Of a DNA stretch of 34,152 nt, positions 8,817 through 16,560 are shown piece after piece. Below the pieces are notes generated by a model. That model ran no database searches and was not told the origin of the DNA. It worked only from the letters and a program-made list of their open reading frames with translations. Origin of the DNA: a bacterium (GTDB lineage Bacteria; Zhuqueibacterota; Zhuqueibacteria; Oceanimicrobiales; Oceanimicrobiaceae). The position numbers and the translations under genes are program-made. Numbering within the stretch: position 1 is the first letter of the stretch; every line of letters starts with the position of its first letter. The DNA lies in NCBI GenBank assembly GCA_037446635.1, contig JBBIIG010000018.1:1-34152 (forward strand), written 5' to 3'.

Positions 8817-8829
8817 CTGTCAACATCTT

Positions 8830-8849
8830 TGTCAAGCTGAAGCTTGACA
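8830..8849. repeat. Palindrome TGTCAAGCT-GA-AGCTTGACA
   Basis: Perfect 9-bp arms, 6 nt after the crt stop. Confidence 0.7.
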
Positions 8850-8855
8850 CTCCTA

Positions 8856-9638
8856 CTACCGCCCCTTGAATTCCGCCTTCCGTTTTTCAATAAACGCCTT
8901 CGTCCCCTCCTTCATGTCCTCCGTCGAAAAACAGAGGCCGAATAGATTGGACTCCAACTGCACGCCCTCGTCGAGCGTCAGCTCAAGACCGTGATGGATG
9001 GCTTCCAGCGCCAGCTTCACGGCCACCGGCCCTTTGGTGAAAATCGTCTTCAAAATTTCTTCTGCAGTGGAAAGCAATTTGTCCGCCGGCGCAACTTTGT
9101 TCACCAGTCCGATGCGGTATGCTTCCGCCGCGTCGATCATGTTGCCGGTGAGAACCAACTCCAGCGCCCGGCCTTTGCCCACGAGTCTCGGCAAACGCTG
9201 GGTGCCGCCGTTGCCGGGGATGAGGCCGAGGTTGACTTCCGGCTGCCCGAACTTGGCGTTCTCCGATGCCACTCGAATATGACACGCCATCGCCAATTCA
9301 CAGCCGCCGCCGAGGCAAAAGCCGTTGACCGCTGCGATCACCGGTTTCGAAAAATGCTCGATGAAATGCAGAATCTCCTGACTGGCGAGGGAAAATTCTT
9401 TCGCGCCCACCGGATCTTTGGTCGCCAGCTCGGTGATATCCGCGCCGGCCACGAACGACTTTTCACCGGCACCGGTTAAAATCACACCGCCGGCGCCCGC
9501 GTCATCTTTGACTTTGGCGAAAACGTCGCGAATCTCCTGCATCGTTTTCCAGTTGAGGGCATTCAGCACTTTCGGGCGATTGATTGTGATGTAAGCGATT
9601 TTATCTTTGGTTTCAAAAAGAAGGTTTTCGTAGGGCAT
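8856..9638 (-). CDS. crt: Enoyl-CoA hydratase (crotonase)
   Basis: FVAGADI, GGGCELAMAC, FGQPEVNLGLIPG.GGTQRL. Confidence 0.92.
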   Translation of the reverse strand: MPYENLLFETKDKIAYITINRPKVLNALNWKTMQEIRDVFAKVKDDAGAGGVILTGAGEKSFVAGADITELATKDPVGAKEFSLASQEILHFIEHFSKPVIAAVNGFCLGGGCELAMACHIRVASENAKFGQPEVNLGLIPGNGGTQRLPRLVGKGRALELVLTGNMIDAAEAYRIGLVNKVAPADKLLSTAEEILKTIFTKGPVAVKLALEAIHHGLELTLDEGVQLESNLFGLCFSTEDMKEGTKAFIEKRKAEFKGR

Positions 9639-9655
9639 CGTTCCTCCGAATTAGC

Positions 9656-10005
9656 TTATCCAGATGTCTCCTTGGATTCTACGATCTGTTCCAGCTGGCT
9701 TATTAGCGGCGCACGATCTTCGGTTATTGTTTTATATAGGATATCAAAATCGATATCATCATATCCATGAATCAGATGATTGCGCATACCCGTGATCTGT
9801 GTCCACGTATCTTTGAATATTTCAATCTGAAGCTTGTTGAGACCTTGCTTGCCGCCTCTCCAATGACTTCCAACAATCGCACTAATGACAGATTTAGCAA
9901 TCGCTCACCCGCAATATCATCTCTTGACTTTCCAGCCGATACTTCCATCGCCTCCTTTGCGGCATCAAGCATGTGCTGAATTCTGATTAGATCACTTTTT
10001 GCCAT
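9656..10005 (-). pseudogene. HepT-like (DUF86) HEPN toxin, frameshifted near 9806
   Basis: The N-terminal frame has LEVIGEAA. A second frame continues WTQITGMRNHLIHGYDDIDFD (RX4HXY motif) to TAA at 9656. One base is missing at ATA-CG-TGG, where I-P-W is expected. Confidence 0.85.
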
Positions 10006-10303
10006 AGGCTACTTGCGCATCTGCAACGACTTGCTGACGGAAATATCGGCTCAGAGATTTAGGAGTATTCATATCGACTCTTCGACCACCGATCAGTTTG
10101 GAAAATTCTTCTTCCATTTCGGCCAACCGAAGATAACCCGGGACATGCTCAGGCTCAAATTCGACGAGAACATCAATATCGCTACCAGATCTAAAATCTT
10201 CGCGAAGCACCGAACCAAAATAGGAAAGTTTACGAATGTGATGTTTTCGACAGAATGCTTCCAACTTTTCCTTTGATATACTTAACTCTTTCGCAGTGTT
10301 CAT
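9992..10303 (-). CDS. MntA-like nucleotidyltransferase antitoxin
   Basis: FGSVLREDFRSGSDIDVLVEF (GS-X10-DxD); overlaps the HepT start. Confidence 0.92.
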   Translation of the reverse strand: MNTAKELSISKEKLEAFCRKHHIRKLSYFGSVLREDFRSGSDIDVLVEFEPEHVPGYLRLAEMEEEFSKLIGGRRVDMNTPKSLSRYFRQQVVADAQVAYGKK

Positions 10304-10317
10304 TTCGTCAACCTACG

Positions 10318-10445
10318 TCAAATCCCCAAATCAGTCGGCACCGGCTTCTCGCCGGAATAATCATAAAACCCATTGCCGGACTTGCGGCCATAATAACCAG
10401 CCAGAACCATTTTCTTCAGCGGCGGCGGGGCGTATTGCGGCTCGC
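10318..10445 (-). pseudogene. Displaced duplicate of the hbd 3' end (direct repeat of 11002-11132)
   Basis: Encodes [41 protein letters not shown], versus hbd [42 protein letters not shown]. Confidence 0.95.
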
Positions 10446-10459
10446 ATTGTTTTGCGGAA

Positions 10460-10756
10460 TCACTGCTCTCTACCCTTCCAATAGCCCGGTCGTCGGTGCA
10501 AATGCGCAACCGCCACTATGAAAATTTTTTCCGGCTCAACTCGGTAGACTAACCCAAAGGGAAAGCGCTTTAGGAAATAGCGTCTAAACTCACCTTCATA
10601 AATCGGCCAGGCAAACGGGAAGTCTCGAATTCGAATCAACGCTTCGTCAATCTCATCAAGAAATTCATCGCCCAATCCTCGAACCCGCTCTTCATAGTAC
10701 ACTGCACTTTCTATCATTTCGAGATCAGCGTCGGCATGAAATTCTATTTGACGCAT
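10460..10756 (-). CDS. RelE/ParE-family toxin
   Basis: FHADA..E....YYE....[33 protein letters not shown]. Confidence 0.92.
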   Translation of the reverse strand: MRQIEFHADADLEMIESAVYYEERVRGLGDEFLDEIDEALIRIRDFPFAWPIYEGEFRRYFLKRFPFGLVYRVEPEKIFIVAVAHLHRRPGYWKGREQ

Positions 10757-10980
10757 CTCAGCCGTTCACGAGCTTCTTTGAGCACTTCAACCGCCGGTCG
10801 CGTCACCGATTTGCCATCTCTAATTTCCCGATCGCGCCGATGAATTTCAGCAAGCCAAGCCGATCTAATTTGAAGCTCGTCTTCCTCGTCAAGGCTCTCG
10901 ATAAGCAATTCTGCCAAATCTCCTCCATTTTGCAAAGGCAGCGCCAAAGCCTCGGTGGCTACTTTTTCAAAGTCAGTCAT
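10744..10980 (-). CDS. Addiction-module antitoxin (TIGR02574-like)
   Basis: ALALP...LAELLIESLD...AWLAEIHRR..EI..G pattern; overlaps the ParE start; GGAG RBS. Confidence 0.88.
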   Translation of the reverse strand: MTDFEKVATEALALPLQNGGDLAELLIESLDEEDELQIRSAWLAEIHRRDREIRDGKSVTRPAVEVLKEARERLRCVK

Positions 10981-11001
10981 TATTTTACATCTCCTTATCT
11001 A

Positions 11002-11886
11002 TTAAATCCCCAAATCAATCGGCACCGGCTTCTCGCCGGAATAATCATAAAACCCTTTGCCGGATTTACGACCGTAATAGCCAGCCATTACCATTTTTTT
11101 GAGCAGCGGCGGCGGCGCGTACTGCGGCTCGCGGTACTCGTCGAACATGATGTTGGCGATATAGTAGGTGGTGTCGATGCCGACGAAATCGAGCAACGTC
11201 AGCGGACCCATCGGGTGGCCGCAGCCGAGGGTCATGCCTTTGTCGATATCCTCAATCGAAGCGACGCCATTCTCGACGGCGCGGATCGCTTGCAGCAGGT
11301 ACGGCACCAGCAACAGATTTACTACAAAGCCCGAGTTATCTTTGCAGGCAATCGGCTCTTTACCCAAGGTTTTGGCAAACTGAAAAGCTGCGTCAAACGT
11401 CTCCGCACTGGTTTGAATAGTGCGCACCACTTCCACCAATTTCATCACCGGCACGGGGTTGAAAAAATGCAGACCAACAAATTTCTCCGGGCGTTTCGTT
11501 GCAGAAGCCATTTCCGTGATGGTCAGCGAAGATGTGTTGCTGGCGAAAATAGTTGTTGGCGGACAGATTTTGTCGAGCTGCTGAAAGAGCTCTTTTTTAA
11601 GTTTGATGTCTTCGGTAACGGCTTCGATGACGATCTGGCAGTCTTTGAAATCTTCCAACTTCGTGGTGCCGGTGAGATTTTTGATCGCGGTCTCTTTGTC
11701 CTGCGCCGACATCTTCCCTTTCTCGACATTTTTGGAGAGGAAGCCGTCGATCCGCCCAATCCCTTTGTCCAGCAATTCCTGACTGATTTCCCGCACCACG
11801 GTTTTGTATCCGGCCACGGCCGAAACCTGCGCGATGCCTGCGCCCATCAATCCCGCGCCAATCACTCCGACTTTCTTGATTTGCAT
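11002..11886 (-). CDS. hbd: 3-hydroxybutyryl-CoA dehydrogenase
   Basis: [50 protein letters not shown]. Confidence 0.95.
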   Translation of the reverse strand: MQIKKVGVIGAGLMGAGIAQVSAVAGYKTVVREISQELLDKGIGRIDGFLSKNVEKGKMSAQDKETAIKNLTGTTKLEDFKDCQIVIEAVTEDIKLKKELFQQLDKICPPTTIFASNTSSLTITEMASATKRPEKFVGLHFFNPVPVMKLVEVVRTIQTSAETFDAAFQFAKTLGKEPIACKDNSGFVVNLLLVPYLLQAIRAVENGVASIEDIDKGMTLGCGHPMGPLTLLDFVGIDTTYYIANIMFDEYREPQYAPPPLLKKMVMAGYYGRKSGKGFYDYSGEKPVPIDLGI

Positions 11887-11916
11887 TTTGCCTCCTCAAA
11901 TTGCTGTGGTTTCAAT

Positions 11917-12303
11917 TTAGGATACGCGTTCCCTTTCTGACCCGATCAATTTTAGCTGCTGCTTTAATCTCTCGATTTCAACCTGCATGTCCGAAATCTT
12001 GTCCGCGTAATCAAGCCTGTTTAGAATAGTTTGTTGGGTCTTCTCTAAATGAGTGAGTGCGTCAAATATTCTCTCGAATTTTTCGTTGTGGTTTTCAAGA
12101 GTTATGAATATTTTCTCGAACTTTTCGTCATGCTTGTCTAATCGCTCATCAATTTTATCAATGCGTTCGACTAGCCTTGATTCGATTCTCTCTAATCTAT
12201 CCTCAACTGCTCCAACTTTAGTCTGCAGTGCCTTAAATTCAGGAATTAATAAATCTTGAATCGCAGAGCGAAAGCCACCAACTGTTTTTTCCACATCACC
12301 CAT
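11917..12303 (-). CDS. Small AT-rich coiled-coil hypothetical protein
   Basis: Heptad-rich sequence with an internal 14-aa (42-nt) imperfect tandem repeat. Fills the thiolase-hbd gap on the same strand. Confidence 0.75.
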   Translation of the reverse strand: MGDVEKTVGGFRSAIQDLLIPEFKALQTKVGAVEDRLERIESRLVERIDKIDERLDKHDEKFEKIFITLENHNEKFERIFDALTHLEKTQQTILNRLDYADKISDMQVEIERLKQQLKLIGSERERVS

Positions 12304-12318
12304 AATACTTCCCTAATT

Positions 12319-13503
12319 TTAAAACGCCTCCACGATCACCGTCATCCCCTGGCCGCCGCCGATGCACGCCGAGGCCAGGCCGTATTTGCCGCCGCGCCGG
12401 CGCAGCTCGTGCAAAATCGTGAGCGTCAAGCGCGCGCCGGTGGCCGCCAGCGGGTGGCCGATGGCAATCGCCCCGCCGTTGACATTGGTTTTCTCGCGAT
12501 CCAGTCCCAGCGCCTTTTCCACCGCGAGATATTGCGGCGAGAAGGCCTCGTTCACTTCCACTAAATCCATTTGCGCGAGTTTCAGGCCGGCATTCTTCAA
12601 GGCGATTTTGCTGGCATCCACCGGCCCAATGCCCATGATGGAAGGCTCGACGCCGGCGTTGCCCCAGGCCACCAATCGTCCCAGCGGTTTCAGTTTGCGT
12701 TCCTCGGCTTTCGCCATCGTGGTGAGCACCAACGCCGCCGCTCCATCGACGATGCCGCTGGCGTTGCCGGCGGTGACAGTTCCATCTTTCTTGAAATACG
12801 GCGACAACTGCGAGAGCCCATCAAGCGTCGTTTCGGGTCGCAGGTGTTCGTCGCGATCAAAAACTTTCAGACCCTTTTTGCTGGGAATTTCCACTGGCAC
12901 AATTTCCTCGGCCATGCGCCCCGCGTCCCAAGCTTCTTTCGCCAGCTTCTGACTGCGGTAAGCATACTCATCGGTTTCTTTGCGGGTGATGCCGTATTTA
13001 TCCGCGAGGTTCTCGGCGGTCAATGCCATCTGGCACCCACAATACGGATCGAGCAACGCTTCCCACAAATAATCTTCGAGTTTGCCGGAATTGAGCCGCA
13101 GGCCCCAGCGCGCGCCCCGAATGACATGCGGCGCCTGGCTCATGCTTTCGGTGCCGCCGACCAGCGCAAAATGCGCTTCGCCCAATTTCAACATGCGCGC
13201 GCCCTGCACGATGGCCTCGAATCCGGAACCACAGAGACGATTCACTGTCAGGGCGGGCACGGGCACCGGCACGCCGGCTTTCAATCCAATGTGGCGCGCC
13301 ATGTAGATGGCATCCGCCGAGGTTTGCAGCACATTGCCGAAAATCACGTGGCCGATGTCATCGGGTTTGATGCCAGCTTTTTGAATCGCGGCCTTTGCGG
13401 CAATCGTCCCCAATTCAATGGCGCTGAAATCGCGCAGGGAACCGCCAAAGGTTCCGAACGCGGTTCTGACTCCGGAAAGAAAAACTATTTCATTTGATGC
13501 CAT
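12319..13503 (-). CDS. Acetyl-CoA acetyltransferase (thiolase)
   Basis: VNRLCGSG, NEAF, GHPLAATG, CIGGGQG. AAGGAG RBS before MASNEIV. Confidence 0.95.
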   Translation of the reverse strand: MASNEIVFLSGVRTAFGTFGGSLRDFSAIELGTIAAKAAIQKAGIKPDDIGHVIFGNVLQTSADAIYMARHIGLKAGVPVPVPALTVNRLCGSGFEAIVQGARMLKLGEAHFALVGGTESMSQAPHVIRGARWGLRLNSGKLEDYLWEALLDPYCGCQMALTAENLADKYGITRKETDEYAYRSQKLAKEAWDAGRMAEEIVPVEIPSKKGLKVFDRDEHLRPETTLDGLSQLSPYFKKDGTVTAGNASGIVDGAAALVLTTMAKAEERKLKPLGRLVAWGNAGVEPSIMGIGPVDASKIALKNAGLKLAQMDLVEVNEAFSPQYLAVEKALGLDREKTNVNGGAIAIGHPLAATGARLTLTILHELRRRGGKYGLASACIGGGQGMTVIVEAF

Positions 13504-13518
13504 GTTCATACTCCTTTT

Positions 13519-13704
13519 AACCACTAATTTCACTAATTGCACGAATCTACAAAAAATTCCAAAGACCCAAAAAATAAATCCCAAATAAACAACAATCTTC
13601 TAAATCGTGTTGTAATTTGACTTGGAATTTGTTTGTAGTTTGTAGTTAGGATTTTGTGAATTTGCGTCACGTTCTATTAGTGTAATTCGTGCAATTCGTG
13701 GTTT
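13519..13704. repeat. Nested inverted-repeat element: outer 28-bp arms of 9-nt period, inner A/C-rich and T/G-rich arms
   Basis: 13519-13546 matches the reverse complement of 13676-13703 at 23/28 positions. Inner AAATTCCAAA/AAATCCCAAA faces TTGGAATTT/TTAGGATTT. Confidence 0.8.
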
Positions 13705-14199
13705 CTATTTTCCAATGCGTTTGCGAACAAAATTAACCATGCCGCCGGCGTTGATGATCTCCTGCATGGTTTCCGGGAACGGCGCGGCTTGAAAGCTGCG
13801 ATTCCGGGTGCGATTCAAAATTCCCCCCGATTTAAGATCAATTTCGAGCAGGTCGCCGGCCTCAGTGCCATCGACCGCCTCCGGGCATTCCAGAATAGGC
13901 AAGCCGATATTGATGGCGTTGCGGTAGAAAATGCGCGCGAAATATTTCGCCACCACGCAGCCGACCTTCGCGCCTTTGATGGCGATGGGCGCGTTTTCCC
14001 GTGAACTGCCGCAGCCGAAGTTGTTGCCAGCCATCAGGATGTCTCCGGGTTTAACTTTCTTCACGAAATCCTTGTCCAAATCTTCGAGGCAGTGCGCCGC
14101 CAAATCTTCTTCTTTGATACTAACGCAATGGCGCGCCGGAATGATGACATCGGTATCGATGTTGTCGCCGTATTTATGAGCCGTGCCTTTGATGGTCAT
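13705..14199 (-). CDS. leuD: 3-isopropylmalate dehydratase/homoaconitase-family small subunit
   Basis: DNIDTDVIIP, NFGCGSSRE, FARIFYRNAINIGLP. Substrate specificity is not resolved. Confidence 0.85.
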   Translation of the reverse strand: MTIKGTAHKYGDNIDTDVIIPARHCVSIKEEDLAAHCLEDLDKDFVKKVKPGDILMAGNNFGCGSSRENAPIAIKGAKVGCVVAKYFARIFYRNAINIGLPILECPEAVDGTEAGDLLEIDLKSGGILNRTRNRSFQAAPFPETMQEIINAGGMVNFVRKRIGK

Positions 14200-14230
14200 G
14201 TTCTTTCCTCTGGTTATTCATAGCGTGCTT

Positions 14231-14259
14231 ATTTTAGAAATTTTTGTTTTGAAAATCAA
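14231..14259 (-). promoter_or_regulatory. Sigma-70-type promoter upstream of leuD
   Basis: TTGATT-N17-TAAAAT on the minus strand. Confidence 0.55.
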
Positions 14260-14279
14260 TCTGAAATTAGTCATAGTGA

Positions 14280-14312
14280 AAAACCCCGGAGTTTTCTAAA
14301 CTTCGGGGGTTG
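14280..14312. repeat. 33 bp imperfect double palindrome after moaC; may also act as a terminator
   Basis: AAAACCCCGGAGTTT-TCT-AAACTTCGGGGGTTG, 15-3-15 layout. Confidence 0.65.
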
Positions 14313-14317
14313 CAGTC

Positions 14318-14803
14318 TCATCCCCTCCTCTCCCACGTCCCACTGCTCCCGCCGCTTTTTTTCATCAAATAAATTTCACTGATGGTCATACTCTTGTCAA
14401 CGGCTTTGCACATGTCGTAAATGGTCAGCGCGGCCACCGACACCGCGGTCAGCGCTTCCATCTCCACGCCGGTCTTTCCCACACAGGTCACCCGGCCTTC
14501 GATTTCGACGCCGTCGGCTACCCTCTTCAAATCCACTTCGACGTTCGTCAGCAGCAACGGGTGGCAGAGTGGGATCAGCTCGTGGGTTTTCTTCGCCGCC
14601 ATGATGCCGGCGATGCGCGCCGCCGCCAGTGGATCGCCTTTTTTAATTTTCTGTTGCTCAATCAAATCCAACACTTCTTGGGAGAGAAGAATTTTGCCAC
14701 GCGCCGTGGCGTCGCGCACGGTATCGGGTTTCTGTGTGACTTCCACCATGCGCGCGTGGCCCGCTTCATCCACATGGGTGAGTCGCTTATTGGTTGCCAT
14801 CAA
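14318..14803 (-). CDS. moaC: Cyclic pyranopterin monophosphate synthase
   Basis: LTHVDEAG.ARMV, LIPLCHP, GKTGVEMEAL, TIYDMCKAVD. Confidence 0.96.
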   Translation of the reverse strand: MMATNKRLTHVDEAGHARMVEVTQKPDTVRDATARGKILLSQEVLDLIEQQKIKKGDPLAAARIAGIMAAKKTHELIPLCHPLLLTNVEVDLKRVADGVEIEGRVTCVGKTGVEMEALTAVSVAALTIYDMCKAVDKSMTISEIYLMKKSGGSSGTWERRG

Positions 14804-14818
14804 TTTTTTTCTCCTAAC

Positions 14819-14872
14819 CGTAGGGGCGATTCATGAATCGCCCCTACGCGATTCATGAAATCGCCTCTACGG
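14819..14872. repeat. GTAG-family REP palindrome plus overlapping partial second copy
   Basis: Perfect 30-bp palindrome CGTAGGGGCGATTCATGAATCGCCCCTACG, then GCGATTCATGAAATCGCCTCTACGG. Confidence 0.85.
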
Positions 14873-14875
14873 GTT

Positions 14876-16549
14876 TTATTTGCCGGTATAAAGCCCCGCC
14901 GCCTGCATGTCGGCGTCCCGTTTGGCTTTGAATTCTGTCCCCTCCTTCCAATTGGGAAACGTCGATTCGTTGGCGAGCCGATAGCCAACTTTGAACAAGA
15001 GCCGCAAGTCGTCCACGGCGCCGGACAAATCCCAGCCTGCGTCAAATTCATCCGAGGGCTTGTGATAGTTTTCAGCAGTATATTTCTCCCGCTGTTCGAG
15101 GGCCCACGCTTCGCCCTTTTCAACGTGATCGATGCCGGGATCGGTATAAAGCGCCGGCACACCCTGCTTGCCGAAACTAAAATGATCGGAGCGATAAAAA
15201 TAGCCTTTCTCGGGTTCGGGATCGGGCCGCACGGTTCGGCCATCTTCTTTGGCGGCTTTTTGCACGTAGTCGTCGAGATCGGAATTTCCGTAGCCAACGA
15301 TCACGATGTCCTTCATCTTGCCGAGAATGTTGAGGCCGTCCATGTTGATGGCGGCGACGGTTTTGGTGAGCGGATAGACTGGGTTGCTGGCATAAAATTT
15401 CGAGCCAAGCAGCCCCTGCTCCTCAGCGGTCACGGCGAGAAAAACAATAGAGCGCTGAGGCGGTTTCGGAAGCTTCGTGAACGCTTCAGCAATTTCCAGC
15501 AAACCCGCGGTGCCGGTGGCGTTGTCGAGGGCACCGTTGTAAATTTGATCGCCCTCCAACTTTGGGTTGACGCCGAAGTGATCCCAGTGCGCCATGTAAA
15601 AAATGTATTCGTCGGGGCGTGAGGTTCCGGGCAACAGCGCAATCACGTTATTTGATTTCGAATGTTTGATGTCGTTCAAAACCTCAACGGAGGCCGTCGC
15701 TTCCAGCGGCACAGCCTGAAAACCACGTTTGGCGGCCGCCGCTTTGAGCGCCTCGAAATCCAGCCCGGCGCTGCCAAAGATTTGCTTAGCCGTCTCCACG
15801 GTAAGCCAGCCCTCGAGGGCGCAACGCGACATGTTGTTGTCGTCGCTCTGCAGGTCAAATTGCGGGCCGGCCCAACTGCTGACCACGACCTCCCAGGGGT
15901 ACGAAGCGGGCTTGGTTTCGTGGATGATGAACGCCGCCTCGGCGCCCTGGCGCGCCGCTTCTTCAAATTTATATGTCCAGCGACCGTAGTAGGTCATCGA
16001 ACGGCCGTTAAACAAATTGGGATCCTCGCTGGCAAAACCGGGATCGTTGATCAACATCACAACGGTTTTGCCGCGCACGTCGAGTCCGGCATAATCGTTC
16101 CAATCATATTCCGGCGCCACCACGCCGTAGCCCACGAAAATCATCTCCGAATTATTGATGAACGAGCTCCCCACCACCCGCTTGGTGAAGACAATAAAAT
16201 CCCGGCCAAAATTGAAGGTCTGCGAGCCGCTGCCCTCCTTTTCTTTTACCCGCAATTTTGCCTGCGAGCTGGCGGCGATGGAAACCAGCGGCACTTCCTG
16301 AAAATAGCTGTCGCCGTTGCCGGGCTGCAAGCCTATTCTTTGAAATTCGGATTTCAAGAATTGAATGGTCTTGGCCTCGCCGGGCGAAGATGGCGAGCGG
16401 CCTTCGAAGTCGTCGGAGGACAAAATGGCGATATCGTCGGCCAGATCTTTCTCAGTAATACTCTGCAACGCCGGCTCGATAGTTTCGCGTGAGCAAGAAA
16501 CGAAGATGATCGCAAAACAAAGAACGGCAAAATAAACACGGCGGGACAT
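14876..16549 (-). CDS. M28-family metallo-aminopeptidase lipoprotein with PA domain
   Basis: Lipobox FVSC, AHWDHFG, NGALDNATG, TAEEQGLLGS, INMD, YHKPSD. Confidence 0.92.
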   Translation of the reverse strand: MSRRVYFAVLCFAIIFVSCSRETIEPALQSITEKDLADDIAILSSDDFEGRSPSSPGEAKTIQFLKSEFQRIGLQPGNGDSYFQEVPLVSIAASSQAKLRVKEKEGSGSQTFNFGRDFIVFTKRVVGSSFINNSEMIFVGYGVVAPEYDWNDYAGLDVRGKTVVMLINDPGFASEDPNLFNGRSMTYYGRWTYKFEEAARQGAEAAFIIHETKPASYPWEVVVSSWAGPQFDLQSDDNNMSRCALEGWLTVETAKQIFGSAGLDFEALKAAAAKRGFQAVPLEATASVEVLNDIKHSKSNNVIALLPGTSRPDEYIFYMAHWDHFGVNPKLEGDQIYNGALDNATGTAGLLEIAEAFTKLPKPPQRSIVFLAVTAEEQGLLGSKFYASNPVYPLTKTVAAINMDGLNILGKMKDIVIVGYGNSDLDDYVQKAAKEDGRTVRPDPEPEKGYFYRSDHFSFGKQGVPALYTDPGIDHVEKGEAWALEQREKYTAENYHKPSDEFDAGWDLSGAVDDLRLLFKVGYRLANESTFPNWKEGTEFKAKRDADMQAAGLYTGK

Positions 16550-16560
16550 GATCTTCTCCT

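Noticed and set aside
10318..10509. 63-aa ORF as an independent gene
   Set aside because: It is the hbd remnant joined to an alternative frame of parE, with no credible start or RBS.
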